From positions 186,001-250,000 of the forward strand of contig CBDAVP010000016.1 in assembly GCA_965201075.1 (NCBI GenBank): a stretch of 64,000 nt of DNA, read 5' to 3'. Positions 48,657 through 56,993 of this stretch are shown here, piece by piece. Source of the DNA: Isosphaeraceae bacterium (GTDB lineage: Bacteria > Planctomycetota > Planctomycetia > Isosphaerales > Isosphaeraceae). Both the position numbers and the translations under genes were made by a program. The notes under the pieces were generated by a model. That model did not search any database. It saw only the letters and a list, made by a program, of their open reading frames with translations, and had not been told where the DNA came from. Position 1 is the stretch's first letter, and each line of letters begins with the position of its first letter.

Positions 48657-50111
48657 TCATGTTTGGGCCGGCCCGTCGGCAAGGGGTTCGAGGCTGAACG
48701 AAAACCCCTCTCCCTCGACGGCCGACGACGGAGACAGCGAGGCGCGTCCCTGGCAAGGGCGGCCGTCGACCTCGAAGGCCCCCGAGGCTCGACACCAGAG
48801 GGAATCCCCCTGTCGGTAGAGAACCACCGGACCGGGCAGGTTCGCCGAGCGGACATGCGCCTGCGACGAAGGACCGAGGATGCACGTTTCGCCCATCAGG
48901 ATCACGCCATCAAGGGCCATCGGCAGTCGGTGGCGGCTGATGACGTCGAGCCGGGCCGTGGTGCTGACGGGGCTGGGTTGGCGGAAGGCCAGGGTCAGCG
49001 ACGGGCCCAGGCGGAGGCGGTCGCCGTCGCGCAGGGGGGCGGTGTCGACCCGGCGGTCGTTGACGTAAGTTGGTCCGGCAGCCCACAAAACGTAGCCGTC
49101 GCCGTCGCGGACGACGGTCGCGTGGTGACGGCTCAGGTCGCCCAGCAAGGGGACATCGGCCGCGCCATCGGTGCCGGCCCGGCCCAGGACGATCGTGTCG
49201 TCCCGGCAGACGAGGAAGCCGCCGATGGTGTCGGCCCAGAGGAGAAATCGCCCGGGGCGTGGTCCTCGGGCGGGGCGACTCGGCATCGTGAGCGGCGGGG
49301 CTTGCTGGACCTCGCCGAGGAAGCGGATCGCCTCGGTCGGGGCGACCGCGACGGGGGCGAGAGCCGGGCCGACTCGTTGGCTGGGGGGAAGAGTCGCCAG
49401 CGGCGGCAGGGCGCCAAGGTGTCTCCAGGCTCGGGAGCGGGTTTCCCGGGCGGCGGGATGGTCGGGGACGGTTTCCAGCAGGGCCTCGGCCGCGGCGAGG
49501 GTCTCGGTCCAGACGCCGGAGGCGAGGGCCGCGTACAGTCGTTCGGCCTGCGGCTGAGCGGAGTTGCGTCGAATTTCGATCTCCCGGCGGCCGGCGGCCA
49601 GCGCCTCGGCGGCGGTCCCGGTGAGGAGACGGCCGGCGCGGTCCAGGGCGTCCAGGGCTCGGCCGAATTCGCCGAGGCGGGCGTCGGCCAGGGCGACGTT
49701 CCAGGATTCGGCGGCGTCTCGCAAACGGCGGAGGTCGGGGCCGCCCAGCCCCCGGGCCGAGAGGCGGTCGAACTGCTCGACGGCTCGGGCGGGTTCCCCG
49801 GCGTCGAGTTCCCGTCGAGCGTCGACCAGAGCGCGGTCGGTCAGCCCCTTGCGAGCGTCGGCCAGGGCGTCGGGCGGAATGTTGAGCCGTCCAGCGGCGT
49901 CGAGGTCGTCCAGGGCTCCGGGCAGGTCGTCACGGTCGGCTCGGCGAGTGGCGCGGGCGAGGAAATCGTGGGCCAGGCGGTCGCGGAATCGGACGACCTG
50001 GCGGTGGTCGACGACGTCGGGCTGACTGGTCAAGGTCGCGGCCTCATCGAGGCGCCCGGCGCGGGTGGCGTCCTCGGCCTGCTTCAAGATCGTCCGCCAA
50101 AGTCCCAGCAT
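48657..50111 (-). CDS. Helical-repeat (TPR-like) protein with C-terminal FHA domain(s)
   Basis: FHA motifs IVLGR, LSRHHA, TYVN, LRDGDRLRLG; second degenerate FHA-like unit. Confidence 0.88.
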   Translation of the reverse strand: MLGLWRTILKQAEDATRAGRLDEAATLTSQPDVVDHRQVVRFRDRLAHDFLARATRRADRDDLPGALDDLDAAGRLNIPPDALADARKGLTDRALVDARRELDAGEPARAVEQFDRLSARGLGGPDLRRLRDAAESWNVALADARLGEFGRALDALDRAGRLLTGTAAEALAAGRREIEIRRNSAQPQAERLYAALASGVWTETLAAAEALLETVPDHPAARETRSRAWRHLGALPPLATLPPSQRVGPALAPVAVAPTEAIRFLGEVQQAPPLTMPSRPARGPRPGRFLLWADTIGGFLVCRDDTIVLGRAGTDGAADVPLLGDLSRHHATVVRDGDGYVLWAAGPTYVNDRRVDTAPLRDGDRLRLGPSLTLAFRQPSPVSTTARLDVISRHRLPMALDGVILMGETCILGPSSQAHVRSANLPGPVVLYRQGDSLWCRASGAFEVDGRPCQGRASLSPSSAVEGEGFSFSLEPLADGPAQT

Positions 50112-50284
50112 AATTCGAGGGCCACCCACCCGGGGATTCGATGGTCGGGGCGTCGCCGAGACAAATGGGCCCCGGACCGATCGCCGGTCGGCCCGGGGCT
50201 TTGGGAGGGTTTGCGGATTCTTGGGGAAAAAGGGTGGTCTTTTCCCCCCTTTACTGCCCAGTTCATGGCATTCACTAGGTCGGA

Positions 50285-51079
50285 TTAGAGGTCCTTGTCG
50301 GTCGGGGCGTCGGCGTGGGCGCCGAATTCGGCGTCGATCTCCTTGACGACGTCTCGGGAGGACGGGACGACGACCGGGACGGCCTTGTCGGCGATTTTAC
50401 CGCTCTCAGAGGCGACGCGGGCCATGATCTCGACGCGCTTTTCCAGGTCGGCGACGTCGGCGCGGGCTCGGGCCAGCGGCGAGCCGTCGAAGGTGAAGAC
50501 GTTGTCGACCTCATCGGCGGCCTGGATCTGCTTCCAGCGGGCTTCGAGGGCCTCGATCTGGGCGAGCAGGGTTTGCTTCTGGTCGGCCATCTTGCGGAGC
50601 TGGTCGCGGGCGGCGACCACGGCCTGGCGACGCGATTTGAGGATCGACTCCTTCTTCTCGACCATGACCTTGGCGTGGGCGTAGCGGTCGTAGCGGCGGG
50701 CGAGTTCGCCACGAATCTCGTCGGGGGTGTACGAGGTGCTGCCGACCTTGTAGTCGCCGCGCTTCAGTTCGTCGCGGAGGGAGAGCATTTCGCGCTTCTC
50801 GGTGTCGAGGTTGGCGCGGGTGGCGACGACCTCTCGGTCGAGGTATTCGATCTCGACCTCCGAGCGTACGATGTTCTCCAGGTTATCTTCCATCGCCGGC
50901 CGGAGCGCGGCGACGGCGTCTCGGGCCCGGTCGATGTCGAAGCCGATGGGGGCCGCCTGGCGGATCTCGTGGCGGGCCTTGTGGAACGCCGTGCGGACGT
51001 AGCCGGGAGCGCGATGCCCCAGACCCAGGCCCAGAGCCAGGGCGACCAGGCCGACCCCGAGCACACCTTTCTTCACCAT
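50285..51079 (-). CDS. Membrane-anchored coiled-coil protein, PspA/IM30-like
   Basis: N-terminal hydrophobic helix, then AAPIGFDIDRARD (Pro preceding the long helix) and extended heptads; GAGG-like SD not obvious. Confidence 0.65.
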   Translation of the reverse strand: MVKKGVLGVGLVALALGLGLGHRAPGYVRTAFHKARHEIRQAAPIGFDIDRARDAVAALRPAMEDNLENIVRSEVEIEYLDREVVATRANLDTEKREMLSLRDELKRGDYKVGSTSYTPDEIRGELARRYDRYAHAKVMVEKKESILKSRRQAVVAARDQLRKMADQKQTLLAQIEALEARWKQIQAADEVDNVFTFDGSPLARARADVADLEKRVEIMARVASESGKIADKAVPVVVPSSRDVVKEIDAEFGAHADAPTDKDL

Positions 51080-51231
51080 GCCGCATGCCATTGTCGAGGA
51101 CTCCCGGGTTCGAGGACGTCTGGGCACCGCCGGGCCGGTCGTCGGCGAGGTTCGTGCCCCTCATTGGTTTTTCGGGGCGAGGCGGTCGTTATTGGGCGGG
51201 AGGTCCGGGAAAATGAGTCGAGGGTTCGGCC

Positions 51232-51741
51232 GTGGTTGAGGAGGCCGAACACCCGGCGGCCCGGGACCCCTCGCGGTTGCTGGCCGAGTGCGAGGCGAAG
51301 ACGCTCCGGCGCTCGGGGCCGGGCGGTCAAAATCGCAACAAGGTGGAAACCGCCCTCGTCCTCAAACATGGTCCCACCGGCGCATCGGCCGAGGCGAGCG
51401 AGCGACGTAGCCAGATTGAGAACAAGACCGTGGCCCTGTTCCGTCTGCGAGTCGTCCTGGCCCTGGATGTGCGGAAGCCCCCCGGAGCCGTTCCGAATGC
51501 CCTTTGGCGGTCGAGGGTTCGGGCCGGGCGGTTGTCGGTGGCCGAGGAGCATCCGGATTTCCCCGCGTTGCTGGCCGAGGCCCTCGATCATCTGGGGTCG
51601 GTCGGGATGGATGTGAAAGCGGCGGCGGAACTTCTGGGTGTTTCGACTACGCAGTTGGTGCGGTTCTTGAAACGGGAGCCTCGAGCCCTGGGGAAGATCA
51701 ACGCCGCGAGGGCGGGCGTGGGACTGGGTCCGTTGCGTTAA
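51232..51741 (+). CDS. Peptide chain release factor-like (GGQ domain) protein with C-terminal HTH-like segment
   Basis: RRSGPGGQNRNKVETA-x3-H-x-PTG, ERRSQ-x2-N; AAAELLGVSTTQLVRFL. Confidence 0.88.
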   Translation: MVEEAEHPAARDPSRLLAECEAKTLRRSGPGGQNRNKVETALVLKHGPTGASAEASERRSQIENKTVALFRLRVVLALDVRKPPGAVPNALWRSRVRAGRLSVAEEHPDFPALLAEALDHLGSVGMDVKAAAELLGVSTTQLVRFLKREPRALGKINAARAGVGLGPLR

Positions 51742-51758
51742 GGTGGGGATTCTGGGCG

Positions 51759-52820
51759 ATGTCGACTCCGCTGTTGCGCACGACCGAGCATGGCCTGTAT
51801 TGCGAGGCCGGGGATTTTTACGTCGATCCGTGGCGGCCGGTCCCACGCGCCGTCGTGACTCACGCCCACGCCGACCACGCCTGCTGGGGGTGCGGTCGGT
51901 ATTTGACCTCATACGAGGGCCGGCACGTCCTCCAGGTGCGAATGGGTCAGCAGGCGGTCATCGACACCCTGGAGTATGGGCAAACCACGGACATTGGGGG
52001 TGTCACCGTGTCGTTTCACCCGGCGGGGCATATCCTGGGGTCGGGTCAGGTGCGGGTCGAGCATCGAGGGGAAATCTGGGTGGTTTCGGGGGACTACAAA
52101 ACGGGGCCGGACCGGACGTGTCGGGCGTTTGAGCCGGTTCGTTGCCATACGTTCGTGACCGAGTCGACCTTTGGCCTGCCGATCTATCGCTGGGAGGACC
52201 AGGAGGTCATCTTCGAGCAGGTCAACGCCTGGTGGCGGGCCAACAAGGAGGCGGGACGGGCGAGCCTCCTGTTCGGGTATGCGTTGGGCAAGTCGCAACG
52301 CCTTCTGGCGGGGCTGGATGCGGAGATTGGGCCGATCTTCACTCATGGGGCGGTGGAGAAGTTGAACCGGGCCTATCGGGAGACCGGGGTCGAGTTGCCG
52401 CCGACCCGCTATGTGGGGTCGGCCGAGAAGGGTTTTGATTGGGGAGGGGCGATGGTGGTGGCCCCTCCCTCGACGTTGGGAACTCCGTGGACCCGGCGGT
52501 TTGGGGCAGCGTCCTCGGGGTTCGCCTCGGGCTGGATGCGGATTCGGGGGCCGAGGCGTCGCAAAGGGGTCGATCGGGGGTTCGTGCTGTCGGATCACGT
52601 CGACTGGGAGAGTCTGATGGGGGCGATCGAGGCGACCGGAGCGTCCCGGGTGCTGGTGACTCACGGCTATTCGGCGATCGTGGTCCGCTGGCTTCTGGGT
52701 CGCGGGCTGGACGCGGCGCCGTTGGCGACCCAGTACGTCGGCGAGCCAGATGCTCCTCCGGAATCCGAGGCGGACGACGACCCGGCGGCCGGGCCTTTGT
52801 TCGAGGGGGGGGCGTCTTGA
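51759..52820 (+). CDS. Ligase-associated DNA damage response exonuclease (metallo-beta-lactamase/beta-CASP)
   Basis: DPWRPV, THAHADHA, AGHILGS, SGDYK, TESTFGLP, LSDHVDW, VTHG. Confidence 0.93.
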   Translation: MSTPLLRTTEHGLYCEAGDFYVDPWRPVPRAVVTHAHADHACWGCGRYLTSYEGRHVLQVRMGQQAVIDTLEYGQTTDIGGVTVSFHPAGHILGSGQVRVEHRGEIWVVSGDYKTGPDRTCRAFEPVRCHTFVTESTFGLPIYRWEDQEVIFEQVNAWWRANKEAGRASLLFGYALGKSQRLLAGLDAEIGPIFTHGAVEKLNRAYRETGVELPPTRYVGSAEKGFDWGGAMVVAPPSTLGTPWTRRFGAASSGFASGWMRIRGPRRRKGVDRGFVLSDHVDWESLMGAIEATGASRVLVTHGYSAIVVRWLLGRGLDAAPLATQYVGEPDAPPESEADDDPAAGPLFEGGAS

Positions 52821-54448
52821 GGGCGTTCGCCAACCTGTATTCGCGGCTGGACGAGACGACCAAGACCAACGCCAAGGTCGAGGCGCTGGTGACGTATTTC
52901 CGGGGCGCCTCGCCGGCCGACGCGGCGTGGGCGACGTATTTTTTGATCGGCCGCAAGCCAAAGCAGGTCGTCCCATCGAAAAAGTCGAGGGCGTGGGCGG
53001 CGGCGGAGGCGGGCATCCCCGACTGGCTGTTCGACGAGTCGTATGACGCGGTGGGCGACGTGGCCGAGACGATCGCTTTGTTGCTCCCCCCGCCAGATGC
53101 CTCGGCGTTCACGGATTTGCCGTTGTGGGAGTGGGTCGAACGGCGGCTTTTGCCGTTGCGTGGCGCCCCCGAGGAAGTGCAGCACGAGGCGATGCTGGCG
53201 GCCTGGCGGGCGATGGATGGTCCTCAGCGGTTTGTTTGGAACAAGCTCATCAGCGGGTCGTTCCGGGTCGGGGTTTCCCAGCAGTTGGTGACTCGGGCCT
53301 TGGCGAAGGTGATCGGGGTCGAGCCGGCCGTCGTGGCTCATCGGTTGATGGGGGATTGGGAGCCGACGCCCGCCTTTTACGCCGGGTTGAGCGTAGCGGA
53401 CGGTCAGGACGCCGATCATTCGCGGCCCTATCCGTTCTGTCTGGCGTATCCGCTGGAAAGTTTGCCGGAGAGCCTGGGGGACATTGGCGACTGGCAGGCG
53501 GAGTGGAAGTGGGATGGGATTCGTTCGCAGTTGATCCGCCGAGGGGGCCGGACGTTCCTCTGGACTCGGGGGGAGGAACTGGTCACCGAGAGGTACCCGG
53601 AGCTGGAAGGCGTGGGGGATGACCTTCCCGAGGGGACGGTTCTCGACGGCGAGATCATGCCCTGGAAGGGGGATTCGCCTCTGCCGTTCGCTCAGCTTCA
53701 GCGTCGGATTGGTCGCAAGAGTGTGGGGAAGACGATTTTGGCCGAGGTGCCCGTGGTGCTGATCGCCTATGACCTGCTGGAGTGGGGTGGGATGGATTTC
53801 CGGGAAACTCCGTTCGTCGAGCGGCGGTTGAAGCTCGCGGAGTTGGTGGCGGTGGCGGGGGAGTTGGGCCGGTTGCGGCTGTCTCCGGGGGTGGTGGCGA
53901 CGAGTTGGAAGGACCTGGCCGAGGCCCGTCAGCGGAGCCGGGCGATGCAGGCCGAGGGGTTGATGCTCAAGCGGCTGGCGTCTCCGTATCGGGTGGGTCG
54001 CCAGCGGGGCGACTGGTGGAAGTGGAAGATCAACCCGTTCACGATTGATGCGGTCTTGACGGCGGCGCAGCGGGGGAGCGGGAAGCGGGCCAGCCTTTAT
54101 ACCGATTACACGTTCTGCGTCTGGGATGCGGGAAAGCTGGTGCCGATCGCCAAGGCGTATTCCGGCTTGACCGACGCCGAGATTGCCCGGGTCGATGCGT
54201 TCGTCCGGCAGCACATGGTCGAGAAATTCGGGCCGGTGCGGACCGTCGAGCCAAAATTGGTGTTTGAACTGGCGTTTGAGGGGATTCAGCGGTCGACCCG
54301 GCATAAGTCGGGGATCGCCGTTCGGTTTCCCCGGATTTTACGATGGCGAGAAGATAAGCCGGCGGCGGAGGCGGATTCGTTGGAGACGATCCGGGCGATG
54401 CTGGATGGGGCGGAGGCTTCGGGTGGGGATGCGGCTGCTGAGGCTTGA
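52817..54448 (+). CDS. ATP-dependent DNA ligase
   Basis: EWKWDGIR (motif I Lys), LDGE, YDLL, EGLMLK, WWKWK, AVRFPRI; TTG overlaps the upstream stop. Confidence 0.96.
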   Translation: MRAFANLYSRLDETTKTNAKVEALVTYFRGASPADAAWATYFLIGRKPKQVVPSKKSRAWAAAEAGIPDWLFDESYDAVGDVAETIALLLPPPDASAFTDLPLWEWVERRLLPLRGAPEEVQHEAMLAAWRAMDGPQRFVWNKLISGSFRVGVSQQLVTRALAKVIGVEPAVVAHRLMGDWEPTPAFYAGLSVADGQDADHSRPYPFCLAYPLESLPESLGDIGDWQAEWKWDGIRSQLIRRGGRTFLWTRGEELVTERYPELEGVGDDLPEGTVLDGEIMPWKGDSPLPFAQLQRRIGRKSVGKTILAEVPVVLIAYDLLEWGGMDFRETPFVERRLKLAELVAVAGELGRLRLSPGVVATSWKDLAEARQRSRAMQAEGLMLKRLASPYRVGRQRGDWWKWKINPFTIDAVLTAAQRGSGKRASLYTDYTFCVWDAGKLVPIAKAYSGLTDAEIARVDAFVRQHMVEKFGPVRTVEPKLVFELAFEGIQRSTRHKSGIAVRFPRILRWREDKPAAEADSLETIRAMLDGAEASGGDAAAEA

Positions 54449-54536
54449 GGTTCGCGGGGATGGGCCGCGGCGCGGCCGGGGCGCCGTGACGACCGGGGAC
54501 TGTCGTCACGAGGCTTCGTGGTTTGATTTGTCGGCT

Positions 54537-56453
54537 TCAGAGCCCGGAGCGCCACTTCTGGCGGAGGGCGGGGTAGTCTTCTTGACGGTCGGGAATGACC
54601 TGGATGTGGCAGCCGAGCATTTCCTCGAAGCTGGTGGGACCGAAGCGGACCCGTTGGGCGGGGCGGAACGGGTTGCGGGGGTTGTTGTCGGAGTTGTCGT
54701 AGATGCCCACCAGGTCGATGCGGGTCCCTTTGGGTAGGGCCACGGGGTCGGCGAATCGGTACTGCCCTTGCCAGTTGAAGTCCCAGTCGGAGATCCAGAG
54801 CAGGCGGCGGACGCGGCCGTCGGGGAGGATGGCTCGGACCTTCATCTCCCGGAGCAGGAAATGGGCGTGGGGCATCACCGCGTGGGCGTGGAGGTCGACC
54901 GGGGTGATGGTGGAGACGTGGACCTCTTGGTGGCGGGCGCCGGCGGGGATGTCGATCTTGGTGGTGCCCAGGGGAATTCCGGCCATCAGCCAGGTGGGCG
55001 GCTCGTTACTGAGGTAGAGGCCGACCTGGGATTGGTCCTGCTCGGGCTTGCCGCTGGGATGGTAGTGGATGTAGAGGACCAGGTCGCCGCCGGGGCGGAG
55101 GACCGTGCCGACTCCCGAGGGGTAGGGCCTCGGGGTCGTGCCGGGGGTCCATTCCCAGAGGGCCGGGACGCCGAGGTCGGCGCTGCCGAGGGAGGCGAAG
55201 CCGGGGGCGGGGTCGGCCCTGTCCCGTTTCGAGGATTCGCGGGTGGGGTCGCAAAAGAGCTTGGCGTGGTGGACGATCCGACGGTTTCCCGGGCGGAACT
55301 CGATGGCGCGGATGGAGAGTGGGCCGCCCGGCGGGTTGGGGATGACGAAGGCCCGGTAGAGGTCGGGGCCCGGCGGGACGGGGAACGCCTCGGGCATCGT
55401 GAAGACGACGTCGGGCTTGCCGAGTTGCCAGCCGTCGGGAGGCGGGGGCGGGATTGGTCTGGGCGATGGGGGGCCTTCGGGAGCACCGGCGTCGGCCCAG
55501 GCAGCGATCAGGGCAAGTTCCCGGTCGTTGAGGCGGGGGTCGTCCTGGAAGGTGCCGAAACCGGGTTCGGGCTTCCAGGGAGGCATCCGTCGGTCCTGGG
55601 TGATGTCTCGGAGGAAGTCGGCGCGCTTGGCCGCGTCTCGATAAGTCAACAGCGAGAATGGTCCGACCTCGCCGGGTCGGTGGCAGCCGGCGCACCTGCG
55701 CTGGAGGATCGGAGCGATGTGCTCCTGGTAGGTGACCGCCGGGGGTGTCGACGCCGACAGCGGTTTGGGCAGCGGACAGCCGACGGGTCGGGTCCGAGGG
55801 ACGAGGATTGGCTTGCTGGCGAGCAGGGCGTCGAGGCTCGTTTGCAAGTCATGGACTGTTGGGGTGCCGCGGGCCAGGCCGGGGCGGACGTGGCGGTCGT
55901 CGATCCTTCCTCGATAGGCGACGAGGCCGCCCGGGGTCAGGACGGCCGCCTCGGGGGTGAGGGTGATGCCGACCTGGCTGGCGAGATCGTGGTCGGGGTC
56001 GAGGAGGATCGGGAACGGAAGGCCGAATTCCTCGGCGTGGCGGGCGGCCTGGTCGGGCGAGACGTCAGGGTCGGCGTGGATTCCGAGGAACTGGACGCCC
56101 CGAGGCTCATAGAGTTTGGAGAGCCGGGCCATCTCCGGGGCGAGGCCGTTGGAGATGGGACACTCCAGGCCCAGATAGATCAAAACCAGAGCCCGGCGGT
56201 CGGCGACGTCGGCCAGGGTGTGAAAGGTTCCCTGGGTGTCGGGAAGGTGGAAGCCCCGGACCACTCTCGACGGTTCGGGGAGGACGGGACCGAGAGACGC
56301 AGGGCGGGTCATCCCCCAGGCCAGGGCCGACAGTCCGAAAACCATCGGAGTGAGCAGGAGGACGAGCCGGCGAGCCGAGTGGCGGCGGGTTCTGGCGTCG
56401 CGGACGGGTCGAGCGGAGGGGGTTGAAGTCCCCGTCCACGGCCATCTCGTCAT
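54537..56453 (-). CDS. Redoxin + cytochrome c-like + copper type II monooxygenase (PHM-like) fusion
   Basis: ECPISN redoxin with YRGRIDD; CAGCH heme motif; VHHA, IHYH, PHAH, EEM copper ligands; N-terminal TM. Confidence 0.85.
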   Translation of the reverse strand: MTRWPWTGTSTPSARPVRDARTRRHSARRLVLLLTPMVFGLSALAWGMTRPASLGPVLPEPSRVVRGFHLPDTQGTFHTLADVADRRALVLIYLGLECPISNGLAPEMARLSKLYEPRGVQFLGIHADPDVSPDQAARHAEEFGLPFPILLDPDHDLASQVGITLTPEAAVLTPGGLVAYRGRIDDRHVRPGLARGTPTVHDLQTSLDALLASKPILVPRTRPVGCPLPKPLSASTPPAVTYQEHIAPILQRRCAGCHRPGEVGPFSLLTYRDAAKRADFLRDITQDRRMPPWKPEPGFGTFQDDPRLNDRELALIAAWADAGAPEGPPSPRPIPPPPPDGWQLGKPDVVFTMPEAFPVPPGPDLYRAFVIPNPPGGPLSIRAIEFRPGNRRIVHHAKLFCDPTRESSKRDRADPAPGFASLGSADLGVPALWEWTPGTTPRPYPSGVGTVLRPGGDLVLYIHYHPSGKPEQDQSQVGLYLSNEPPTWLMAGIPLGTTKIDIPAGARHQEVHVSTITPVDLHAHAVMPHAHFLLREMKVRAILPDGRVRRLLWISDWDFNWQGQYRFADPVALPKGTRIDLVGIYDNSDNNPRNPFRPAQRVRFGPTSFEEMLGCHIQVIPDRQEDYPALRQKWRSGL

Positions 56454-56687
56454 CCTTGACCTCAATCGAGCGCGGGGGGTCGTTCACTGAATCGAAGATT
56501 TTGGGGGAAAACTCAAGGCCAATCCGTTGGCTTTGGTCGCTCTAGTGATTTTCGGACAAACAGGGTTTGGGATTGAGGGGTGAATGCCAGCCCGGGGGTC
56601 CCGGTTGGCCGTTGGGGGTGGAATCCTTACAATCGGGCGGGCGGAGTGCCGGGGATCGTCGATCGTGGGGGCGTTGTCGCGTTCATC

Positions 56688-56987
56688 ATGAGGATCGCGC
56701 ACCTGATCTGGTTGGTCTTCGGCTCGGCGATCGTCCTGGGCATTGGCCGGGAGCCGTTCGGCCGGGTGATGCTGGTGATGCTGGTGATCGGCCTCGGGGC
56801 GGTCGGCCTGGCGACCGCCGCGGCCCTGCAACTGTTCCGCACGGTGGGGGCCATCGGCGAGGCCCAAGGGCTGGCCGAGCATGCCCGAGCCCTGGCGGCG
56901 ACCCTGGGCATTCTTTCCGGCGCGGCGATGGCGATGGCCGCGGTGGTCCTGATCGGCGGGACCTGCTTGAAGATCCTGGTCGACTGA
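56688..56987 (+). CDS. Small hypothetical membrane protein
   Basis: Three hydrophobic helices; ends 6 nt before the M3 peptidase. Confidence 0.6.
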   Translation: MRIAHLIWLVFGSAIVLGIGREPFGRVMLVMLVIGLGAVGLATAAALQLFRTVGAIGEAQGLAEHARALAATLGILSGAAMAMAAVVLIGGTCLKILVD

Positions 56988-56993
56988 CGGACC

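Noticed and set aside
46736..48856. N-terminal 700 aa of the 950-aa ORF 46004..48856, as a possible kinase fusion or frameshift
   Set aside because: Arg/Pro/Gly-rich off-frame translation over the kinase gene; the kinase has its own stop and the real downstream gene starts near 46735.
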